Shown here: positions 53,455 to 64,000 of the stretch, piece by piece
Layout of the letters: each line of letters begins with the position of its first letter
How positions within the stretch are numbered: position 1 is the first letter of the stretch
NCBI RefSeq assembly: GCF_964213995.1
Contig: NC_135810.1
Location: 1,922,001-1,986,000 of the forward strand
Length of the DNA stretch: 64,000 nucleotides
DNA from: Mustelus asterias
Lineage: Eukaryota
Direction of reading: 5' to 3'
Notes under the pieces: generated by a model
The model's database searches: none
Told to the model about the DNA's origin: nothing
Seen by the model: only the letters and a program-made list of their open reading frames with translations
Program-made: the position numbers and the translations under genes

Positions 53455-54850
53455 GAATGTATGTAAGAAATAGGAGCAGGAGTAGATCATATGGCCTGTC
53501 AAACCCGCTTCAAAGTTCAATATAATCTTGGGCTCCAACTCCATTTATCTGCCCACTCCCCATATCCCTTTATTCTCTGAGAGAACAAAAATCTCCATAA
53601 ATATATGTTCAATGATTGAGTATTCACCACCCTCTGGCAAAGCAAATTTCAAAGATTCACAACCACTTAAGTGAAGAAATCTATCCTCACCTCAGCCATA
53701 GATGATTGTTCCCTTGTTCTGGGACTGTGCCTCCAACTTTTAGATTCCCCAGCCAAGGGAAACAACCTTTTGGGTCTACCCAGCCAACCCCTTTCAGAAT
53801 GTTGTATGTTTCATTCTTTCATCACCTTTCATTCTTTTTAACTCCAGAGAATGTTAAGCCAGTTTACTCTGCCTCTCATCACAGCAATCAATCGCGAACC
53901 TTTGCTTTACCGCCTCCAATGTAAATATCTCCTTCCTTAAATATGGAGAACAAAACTGCGCACACTATTCCAGGTGTGGCCTCACCAAGGTCCAATAAAA
54001 TTGTAGCAAAACCTTCTTCTTCTTATGCTCTAATTCCCTTGCAATAAAGACTAACATGCAATTTCTTTTCCTAATTGTTTACTATTCCTGCATTCCTTGT
54101 AAGAGTATGTCTCTTTGAACATCATCATTTACAAGTTTCACTCACTTAAAAAAAAACTTTACTGTTCTCATGAACAAAGTGAATAATCTCTCACTTCCCT
54201 ACATTTATACTCATTCTGTCATCTTGTTGCCCACTTAACTAACCTGTATATCTCTTTGCTGCCTCTTTGTGTACTGTAAGAAGTTTAACAACACCAGGTT
54301 AAAGTCCAACAGGTTTATTTGGTAGCAAAAGGCTTTTGCTACCAAATAAACCTGTTGAACTTTAACCTGGTGTTGTTAAACTTCTTACTGTGTTTACCCC
54401 AGTCCAACGCCGGCATCTCCACGTCATCTTTGTGTCCTCCCCATAGCTTGCATTCCTGTGTGCTTTGTATAATCAGCAAAATTAAATCATTACTCTGTCT
54501 CTTCAAGGTCATTACAGATTGCAAATAGCTGAGATCACAGCAACAATCCTTGTGGAACTCCACTCGTCACAGCATGCCAACTTTGTCCCATTAATGCCTG
54601 CTCCTTATTTACTCAATCCTCTATCCATGCTAATATATGATCCTCAGCTCCAAGACCTCTTATTTTGTGTACTAATGTTTTGTGCGTTTTAGAAATCCAA
54701 GTATGCTACATCTACAGGTTCCGTTTTACCCTATGAGTTACATCCTCAAAAAAAGAACAGAATTTGTCAAACACAATTTCCTTTTTCTAAAACCATGTTG
54801 ACTTTTCTGATCATATGATTTTCTAAGTGCACTGTTAAGGATTTCTTAAA
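53455..54850 (-). mobile_element. Decayed CR1/HER1-like LINE
   Basis: Nucleotide similarity to the 7805-8710 and 36150-37415 copies. Confidence 0.75.
54276..54426 (+). mobile_element. Family A fold-back insertion (113-bp palindrome + tail)
   Basis: 56-bp inverted arms with 1 mismatch around one central G; 9-bp TSD tctttgtgt (54264-54272 / 54427-54435). Confidence 0.85.
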
Positions 54851-55180
54851 AAGAAATTCCAGAACGGATGAACTTCAGTATTTACCCAAGTTATCTTGAG
54901 TTAAGCACCACCACTCTTTTGTGTTATAATGCCTCCCTCATTTTCTAGTCTATCAAAGGCCTTCCCCTTTGCTTTTTCCCACCCTCTTCCCTTGCTTAAA
55001 ACCTATCACCCTTTTTAACTTCCAGTTTTGATGAAAGGTCATTAGCCAGAAACTTTCACTCTCTCTCTCATCGCAGGTGTTGTCTAACCACACAAGAGCA
55101 CTTTTGTGTGCAGTTTTGGTCTCGCCGAAGAGAGGATATACCTGCCGTAGACGGAGGGCAGTGAAGGTTCGCCAGACTGA

Positions 55181-55535
55181 TTTTTTTATTCATTCGTGGG
55201 ACATGGGCGTCGCTGACTGGCCAGCGTTTATTCCCCATCCTTGGTTCTCAAGGGCAGTCGAGAGTCAACCAAGTTGCTGTGGCTCTGGTGTCGCATGTAG
55301 GCCAGACCAAGTAAAGAAGGCAGGTTTCCTTCCCTAAAGGACATTAGTGAACCAGATGGGTTTTTCCGACAATCGACAAATGGTTTCATGATCAGCAGTT
55401 GATTCTTAATTCCAGATTTTTTGCTTTTAATTCAAATTCCACCATCCGCCGTGGCAGGATTTGAACCCGGGTCCCCACAACATTAGCTGAGTTTCTGGAT
55501 TAATAATCGAGTGATAGTACCACTAGGCCATCGCC
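55181..55535 (-). mobile_element. tRNA-derived SINE with LINE family-B 3' tail, nested in a plus-strand CR1 (~55100-55940)
   Basis: Minus strand A-box TGGCCTAGTGG and B-box GGTTCAAATCC; tail aataaacgctggcc..agcgacgcccatgtcccacgaatgaataaaaaa matches 52465-52525. Confidence 0.8.
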
Positions 55536-57043
55536 TTCCAGGGATGGCAGGATTGTCGTGTGAGGAGAGATTGGCATTTAGAACTATGAGGAGCTCTTAT
55601 TGAAATGTATACAGTTCTGACAGGGCTGGACAGATTGGACGTAGGGATGAAGATTTCTCTGGCTGGGGCGCCATCTTGAATAAGGGGTCACAGTCTCACG
55701 ATACAGAGACAAGCCATTTCGGACTGAGATGAAGAGAGGCTTCACTCAGAGGGTGGTGAACCTGTGGAATTCTCTACCAAGGAAAGCCGTGGAAGCCAAG
55801 TCACTGAACATATTTAAGAAGGAAATAGATTTCAAGGCATCAAGGGGAAGCGCAGGAGTATGGTGTTGAAATAGAAAATCAGCCATGATCATATTGAATG
55901 ACGGAACATGCTTGAGGGGCTCATATTTTCTATGTTTCTATAAGGTATAGGAGCTGGAGTAGGCTATTTGGCCCCTTGAGTCTGCTCTGCCATTCAGTAA
56001 GATCATGGCTGATCTGATTATGACTCTAACGCCACTTTTCTGCTTGTCTCTCCATAACTCTTGACTCCCTTATAAATAAAAAAAATTGCTGCTGAATATT
56101 TGTGTCTCTGGTCCAATGCAGGACAATCAGCAGCAAGACTGTGTCACTGGCCTTGGTCCATCACAATCTCTTTTGCTTCAGCCTAGGTGACATCCTGCTC
56201 TTGAAGCTCCTCCTTCAGGCCAGTCCCATATTCTTCCTTCTGGTGGTGTCCATTCTACTGCTGCTCTGGCAGGTTATACGCCCAGGAGGCGACTCTGACC
56301 AGTCCTGTGCAGTACTTCTTCATTGGTGACACTTGAAATTTCCAATACTTTAGAATCAGAGAATGGGATCACGGAAAGTTTACAGCACAGAAACAGGCCA
56401 CTTAACCCATCGTTTCTGCGCCAAACCAAAAAAGAGCTACCAAGCCTAATCATACTTATCAGCATTTGATCCCCAGCCATGAGATGCATAGCCAGACACC
56501 TTTTAAATGATTTGAGGGTTTCTGCCTCTACTAGACTTTCAGGCAGTAGGTTCCAGAATCTCACAACCCTATGGATGAAGACATCTAGGAACAGGAGAAG
56601 ACCATTCGACCTGTTGAGCCTGCTCCACCATTTAATAGGATCGGACACTTCAATGCTTTTTACCCACTGTCCCCATAACCCTTTACGGTATAGTTATTCA
56701 GGAATCTATCAATCTCTGCTTTAAACATACTCAATGACTGAGCTTCCACAGCCCTCTGGGGTGAGAATTCCAAAGATTCACAACCTTCTGTGCAAAGACA
56801 TTTCTCCTCATCTCGGTCCTAAGGGGCGTCCCCCTTATTTCAAAATTGCACCCTTGGGTTCTAGACATCCCAACAAGGGGAAGGATCTTACCCGCATCCA
56901 CAGTGTCTGTTCCTTAATTTTGTAGGTTTCAATGAGATTACCTCATTCTTCCAAACTTTAGAGAATACAGACAGACACAGTTTGCCCAATCTTTCTTCAT
57001 AAGATGTTCCTGCCATCCCCAGAACAAGTCTGGTGAATCTTTG

Positions 57044-57461
57044 CAACAAAAACAGAAAATGCTGAAAAATCTCAGCAGGTCTGACAGTGCCTGTGGAGAG
57101 AGAGCAGAGCCAAGGCACAGTGGCACGTTGGTTAACACTGCTGCCTCACAGCGTGAGGGAGCTGGGTTTAATTCTGGCCCCGGGTGACTGTGTGGAGTCC
57201 GCATGTTCTCCCCGTGTCTGTGTGGGTTTCCTCTGGGTGCTCTGGTTTCCTCCCACAGTCCGAAAGACGTGCAGGTTAGGTTCATTGGCCATACTAAATT
57301 TTCCCTTAGTGTCAGGGGGAGTAGCAGGATAAATACATGGGGATAGGGTCTGGGTGGGATTGTTGATGGTGGTGCAGGCTAGATGGGCCAAATGACCTCC
57401 TTCTGCACTGTAGTGATTCTAAGTGTTTTGAGTCTAGATGACCGTTTGTCACAGCTCCTCG
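57044..57461 (-). mobile_element. Family B insertion interrupted by an HE1 SINE (+, ~57113-57420), all inside a CR1 relic
   Basis: 12-bp TSD ggtgaatctttg (57032-57043 / 57462-57473); family B halves on both sides of the SINE. Confidence 0.75.
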
Positions 57462-57699
57462 GGTGAATCTTTGTTGCACTTCCCTCCCTTGTACCAGTCA
57501 CTCTACACCCAATAGTCACTGACCTCTCCCATCCACTCTATCCAAGCCCCTCACTGTTTTACACATCTGATTCAAATCTCCCCTCAGCCTGCTCTGTTCC
57601 AAGGAGCACAATTTAATTTGTTTTTATTTCACATTTCAAGCATCGATCGTATTTTGCTTTGGTATCAACCGAGTGTCCTATGTTCCGGAAGCGGGACTC

Positions 57700-58200
57700 G
57701 AACTCACCACACTCTGACTCCCTGCGTGGGCGGGGGGGGGGCGGTGGGAAGGAAGGACTCAGCTGAGCTGTCATTCACCCGCCACAGGGGCGGGGAGATC
57801 GAGGCAGACCCCGCCCCCAACACGCAGGCAGGCGTCAGACGGGGAGAAACGCCCCCTTACGCTAGCACGCAAGCCCCACCCCTCACGCTGACGTAACTGG
57901 CAAGTAAGGCCCGCCCTTTATGGTGACGGAACGGGCCATTAAATTCCGCCCCCTCCACCAGGACCGACTGTCAATCACGTACGTCATAGGCGGCATGCCC
58001 CGCCCCCGTCGGCACTTCCGGCTCCGAGGCATTGGTCCGGTGACGTCACGGCCGGCGCGCCGACAGGCCGATCGCCATGACAACGGTGGGCAGCAGGTCC
58101 GGCTGCACCGGGAGCTGAGTTTCTGGGGGGGTTAGGTCGGGGGGAGGGAGAGGCCTGAACCCCCCCCCGAGGCTGAGACAGGCTCACAGAGAAAGTTCCA
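57700..58200 (+). promoter_or_regulatory. CpG-island promoter of a third gene (USF3 expected from human synteny; no coding exon recognised)
   Basis: CpG-rich; GC box 57997-58006, ETS CACTTCCGG 58013-58021, ATTGG 58031-58035, CRE TGACGTCA 58041-58048, X-box-like ATCGCCATGACAAC 58071-58084; direction inferred. Confidence 0.75.
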
Positions 58201-60049
58201 GCAGTTTGGGAGCCTGAGGGGAGGGAGCAAGGGGTCTAACCCCAAACCCCCTCCTCAGCCTAACCCCCAGGCCCTGAGGCCTGCACTGCCTTTGTGGAGG
58301 GAGGCAGGGATTGGGGGATTGGGCCTGCTCTTCACCCCCAGCTGATGGTTTGCTGGAAGCTGAGAGCCCAGGATCCTGGCCCAGCCCCCCCCACACACTA
58401 AACCCCACTTTACCCCAGCCCTACCCCCCCAGCCTCTCTCTTCCCCCCCCCCCCCCCCCCCCAAAAGGATGTGAGTGAGGGATGCGGGGGGGTGGGCAAT
58501 GTGGGCACCGACTGCCAGCACTGTGCGGGAGGGCACAGCTGTGGATTGCTTCCTGACCGGACCCTGAGGTAAGGCCGGGCCTTTGGGTGGGATGGCTGGG
58601 CAATGTGGGTGGTGTTTGTCGAGAGTTTGTGCGGTTGTGAAGTTGAGATGCCCTCCCCTGGCTCCCTGTGCCAGCACTGGCGCATTGGCTTCTGTTTCTC
58701 GATTACCCACCTGGAATGTTAACAAGTGCCAGGCAAGTTTCAGTGGGTGACTCTCATCTGAGTTATAAAGTCATGGGTTCATATCCCACTCTCAAAATGT
58801 GAGCTCAAAATCCAGATTGATGCTACCAGTGCCATAATGAAGGAGTGCTGCAGTGTCAGAGAAGCTGTCTTTCAGCCAACACGTCAAATTGAACTTTGGC
58901 TGCTCTCTTGGGTGGCTGTTAAAGATCCCATGGCACAATTGGATGAAGAGCAGAGGATTATTGCCATGATCAACATCTATGTTTCAACATCACTGGAACA
59001 AACATTGTCTGGTTACTATCACATTGTTGTTTGTGGGGTCGGGGTGCTGCTTTGTGTGCAGATTGATTTAATTTATTGTTGTCGCATGTATTGGGATACA
59101 GTGAAAAGTATTGTTTTTGCACACTATACAGATAAAGCATACCGTTCACTCAGAACAAAAAGAGAGAGTGCAGAATATCGTGTTACAGTCATAGCTAGAG
59201 TGTAGAGAAAGATCAACTTAAAATATGGTAGGTCCATTCAAAAGTCTGATTGCAGACTTTTGTATCTTTTTCCCGATGGAAGAGTATGTCCGGGGTGTGT
59301 GGGGGTCCTTGATTATGCTGGCTGCTTTTCTGAGGCAGCCGAGAGTGTCGACGGAATCAATGGATGGGAGGCTGGTTTGCGCGATGGACTAAAATTACTG
59401 AATTTTCTAAATTGCATAGTGATTATACTTCATTGTTTGCAAAGTACTTAGGAAAACCTGAAATACTCTGTCTAAATGCAAGTCTTTCTTTTCTATCTGT
59501 TTTCTCTTGATTTACCTGATTTCCAGCACTCCTTCGTTGGCAGCCGTGTCTCCAGCTGCCTGGTCCCTGAGCTTGGGAATTTCCTTCCTAAACCTCTCTG
59601 TCTTTCTCTCTTCCTGTGAGACACTTCTTAAAACCCAACTGTTTGATCAAGCTTTTGGTCACCTAATATCACCTTGTGTGCTCAGTGTCAGATTTTGTTA
59701 CATGAAGTCCCACAAAATAACCTGGGACATTTTACTATGTTACAATATAAATGCATGCTCTGTTGAACTCCAGAATTGTGTGGGCTTGTGGATTTTCAGT
59801 TTATTTATTGCTGCTCTCTACGGTTCCAGCAAGGAACACAATACACACCCGCTTTATCCCGGTGTGTACCAGCTGCATCCCCCACTTGGATGTCTGTTTT
59901 TACGCTTCCAATCTACTTGAGGTATTTAATGGCAATCTTGACAAGTGATATGGGGGGTGGGGGGGAAGAAACCAGGTTATGCTGATAGTGAGATGCAGAG
60001 GGATGGAAGGAGGATTGTGTGAAACATAAACACCAGCATTCCCACAACG

Positions 60050-60255
60050 ACAACAGAACATGCTGGAAAATCTCAGCAGGTCTGACACACCTGTGGCGAG
60101 AATAGAGGTAACGTTTCAAGTCTGGATGACTCTTTATCACAGCTCTGACTTGAAATGTTAGCTCTGTTCTCTTTCCACAGATGCTGCTAGACCTGCTGAG
60201 ATTTTCCAGCATGTTCCATTATTTCAGATTCCGGTATCTGCAGTATTTTGCTTTT
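60050..60255. mobile_element. Penelope-like family B fold-back insertion
   Basis: Inverted arms aacatgctggaaaatctcagcaggtct / agacctgctgagattttccagcatgtt; degenerate hammerhead core. Confidence 0.72.
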
Positions 60256-60639
60256 ATATAGCGCCTTTAATGTAGTAAAATGTCCCAAGCCATTTTGCAA
60301 GTGTGTTATGAAATAAAACTTGACACAAACCACATGAGATATTAGAACAAGTGACTAAAAGCTTGATCACAGAGGTGAGGAGTTTAAGGAGCATTATAAA
60401 GGAGGAGACTGAGGCGGAGAGGTTGAGGGTGGGAATTCTGGAGCTTCCGGCCTGGGCAGTGAATCCAGGTACATCATAAATAGACAACTGGGAAATGGAC
60501 ACTTTGTGTAACTGCTAAGTTTTTCTTTCTGGATTTTCCACTGTGGAATTGCATCTAAGGACAGGAAGAGGTTATTCAGCCCCCAGTGCAGTTATTCATT
60601 GAGGTCATGATTGATCTCTATTTGAACTCCAACCACCTG

Positions 60640-61480
60640 AACTTCAGGACATTGAGAAAACACTGAGTGAAAATTGTACGCTCTCTGGAAGCCTCCTTCA
60701 GAAAATGGAAACTTCAGCTAAACACGATCAAAGTTGGAATTTCAGCCTTCCACCTGAACAACCTGAAGCCAGGGAAAACCTTCATGTCCAGCTCTGTGAC
60801 CAACCACTCAGCCAGTGCTCAATGCCAAAATACTCTGGCATCACTTGTCGTCTCTGCGTTGAGCTACTGGCAACACCTCCAGATCACTGGACCCAAGTTT
60901 ACATGAGAGTGGATCCTGTACAGAAACTGGCTGCGCCTGGGGCAGCAGAGGCAACACATTGTTCGCTGTTTCACTCATCCTGGTCCACCTAGCAGCACCG
61001 TGCTGCTGCTGAACCTGATTCAGGAGCTGCCACAGAAACCTGATGGATATCCACCTCTGGGAAGTCATGAGGATTATTTCTGGGGCATTGAGAATTATAC
61101 TGCTCGAGTGGCTTCCTGTGCTAACACACATTGAACCTCCTGATGTCCACAGGGATAACATCCTCCTCAAAGAACACCATCGGCTGACAGCTAAAGAAGC
61201 TCCCACTGAAACAGGACCTCAAAATAAAACTTGACCCACCCATCTGAAATGTCATAGACCTGATTGGAATACACCCCACACCCGACAAACTGATGACAGC
61301 TTCATCCCTCGATGGCGAATTTCTGGGTTGACTGCAAACATCACCAACCGCAGCCTGGTCACTGACCCGGGAGGAGCTCCCAGATTACAACCTTCCTCAG
61401 AAACTCTGGACAACCATCAACACTTGAGGGCAGGCCGGGGAAGATGTGGATTCTTGTCCCACATGAGGAGCAGCTCAAAT
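60640..61480 (+). mobile_element. Vingi/Ingi-like LINE relic
   Basis: FRKWKLQLN..SAFHLNN, PKYSGIT, MRIISGALR..EWLPVLTHIEPPDVHR resemble the Vingi RT C-terminus; frameshifted. Confidence 0.6.
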
Positions 61481-61484
61481 TGTA

Positions 61485-64000
61485 ACTGACCTCCCAGCTC
61501 AGCCCATCACCCCCCGCACTGACCTCCCAGCTCAGCCCATCACCCCCCGCACTGACCACCCAGCTCAGCCCATCACCCCCCGCACTGACCATTCAGCTCA
61601 GCCCATCACCCCCCGCACTGACCATCCAGCTCAGCCCATCACCCCCCGCACTGACCACCCAGCTCAGACCATCACCCACACACTGACCATCCCACTCAGA
61701 CCACCACCCCCGCACTGACCACCCAGCTCAGACCATCACCCACACACTGACCATCCAGCTCAGACCATCACCCACACACTGACCATCCAGCTCAGACCAT
61801 CACCCACACACTGACCATCCAGCTCAGACCATCACCCACACACTGACCATCCAGCTCAGACCATCACCCACGCACTGACCATCCAGCTCAGACCATCACC
61901 CCCCGCACTGACCATCCCGCTCAGACCATCACCCACACACTGACCATCCCGCTCAGACCATCACCCACACACTGACCATCCCGCTCAGACCATCACCCAC
62001 ACACTGACCATCCAGCTCAGACCATCACCCACACACTGACCATCCAGCTCAGACCATCACCCACACACTGACCATCCCGCTCAGGCCATCACCCACACAC
62101 CGACCATCCCGCTCAGACCATCACCCACACACTGACCATCCCGCTCAGACCATCACCCACACACTGACCATCCCGCTCAGACCATCACCCCCCGCACTGA
62201 CCATCCCGCTCAGACCATCGCCCACACAATGACCATCCAGCTCAGACCATCACCCCCCGCACTGACCATCCCGCTCAGACCATCACCCACACACTGACCA
62301 TCCAGCTCAGACCATCACCCACACACTGACCATCCAGCTCAGACCATCACCCCCCGCACTGACCATCCTGCTCAGACCATCACCCACACACTGACCATCC
62401 AGCTCAGACCATCACCCCCCGCACTGTCCATCCCACTCAGACAATCAACCCCCGCACTGACCATCCAGCTCAGACCATCACCCACACACTGACCATCCAG
62501 CTCAGACCATCACCCCCACACTGACCATCCAGCTCAGACCATCACCCACACACTGACCATCCAGCTCAGACCATCACCCACACACTGACCATCCCGCTCA
62601 GACCATCACCCACACACTGACCATCCCGCCCAGACCATCACCCCCCCACCCTGACCATCTAGCTCAGACCATCAACCCCGCACTGACCATCCCGCTCAGA
62701 CCATCACCCACACCCTGCCCATCCAGCTCAGACCATCACCCACACACTGACCATCCAGCTCAGACCATCACCCACACACTGACCATCCAGCTCAGACCAT
62801 CACCCACACACTGACCATCCCGCTCAGACCATCAACCCCTGCACTGACCATCTAGCTCAGACCATCACGCACACACTGACCATCCAGCTCAGACCATCAC
62901 CCCCCGCACTGACCATCCAGCTCAGAACATCACCCCCCGCACTGACCATCCAGCTCGGACCATCCAGCTCAGACCATCACCCACACACTGACCATCGAGC
63001 TCAGACCATCACCCACACACTGACCATCCAGCTCAGACCATCACCCCCTGCACTGACCATGCAGCTCAGACCATCACGCACACACTGACCATCCAGCTCA
63101 GACCATCACCCACACACTGACCATCCAGCTCAGACCATCACCCACACACTGACCATCCAGTTCGGACCATCACCCACACACTGACCATCCAGCTCGGACC
63201 ATCACCCACACACTGACCATCCAGCTCAGACCATCACCCCCCACACTGACCATCCAGCTCAGACTGTCACCCCCCCCGCACTGACCATCCAGCTCAGACT
63301 GTCACCCCCCCGCACTGACCATCCAGCTCAGACTGTCACCCCCCCCGCACTGACCATCCAGCTCAGACTGTCACCCCCCCCGCACTGACCATCCCGCTCA
63401 GACCATCAACCCCCGCACTGACCATTCAGCTCAGACCGTCACCCCCTGCACTGACCATCCAGCTCAGACTGTTAGCCCGCACTGACCAGCTCAGACCGTC
63501 ACCCCCCCCGCACTGACCATCCAGCTCAGACCATCACGCACACACTGACCATCCAGCTCGGACCACCACCCACACACTGACCATTCAGCTCAGACCACCA
63601 CCCACACACTGACCATTCAGCTCAGACCATCACGCACACACTGACCATCCAGCTCAGACCATCACCCCCGTACTGTCCATTCAGCTCAGACCATCGCCCA
63701 CACACTGACCATTCAGCTCAGACCATCACCCACACACTGACCATCCAGCTCAGACCATCACCGCCGCACTGACCATCCCGCTCAGACCATCATCCCCCGT
63801 ACTGTCCATTCAGCTCAGACCATCACCCACACATTGACCATCCAGCTCCGACCATCACCCACGCACTGACCGTCCAGCTCCGACCATCACCCACGCACTG
63901 ACCGTCCAGCTCAGACCATCACCCACACACTGACCATCCAGCTCAGACCATCAACCCCACACTGACCGTCCAGCTCAGACCATCACCCACACACTGACCA
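61485..64000 (+). repeat. 32-bp minisatellite (ctgaccatccagctcagaccatcacccacaca)n, about 78 units, continues past window end
   Basis: Directly visible; 32-nt period (e.g. ctga at 61747 and 61779) with variant units. Confidence 0.97.

Noticed and set aside
61485-64000. CRISPR-like 32-bp periodicity
   Set aside because: Units are contiguous with no unique spacers, there are no cas genes, and the context is eukaryotic.

Overview
This is vertebrate genomic DNA, very probably from a shark or another elasmobranch, judging by HE1/V-SINEs, HER1-like CR1 LINEs and Deu-domain SINEs. It holds a head-to-head gene pair. ATP6V1A (V-ATPase subunit A, minus strand) has a non-coding exon 1 near 16.55-16.62 kb and coding exons 2-7 running down to 466, and it continues off the left edge. 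NAA50 (N-alpha-acetyltransferase 50, plus strand) is complete, with 5 coding exons from 18016 to 48327 and a predicted 167 aa. A third CpG-island promoter sits near 57.7-58.2 kb (USF3 by human synteny, not verifiable here), followed by a Vingi-like LINE relic and a 32-bp tandem array that runs off the right edge. The introns are packed with nested retroelements. The most notable observations are: (1) two families of short Penelope-like insertions with 9-16 bp target-site duplications, carrying minimal type-I hammerhead ribozyme motifs with covarying stems, some folded back into long hairpins; (2) a probable U12 (minor spliceosome) intron in ATP6V1A; (3) a NAGNAG acceptor at NAA50 exon 2; (4) SINEs with 3' tails apparently borrowed from different LINE partners. 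Coordinates were counted by eye and repeat boundaries are approximate.
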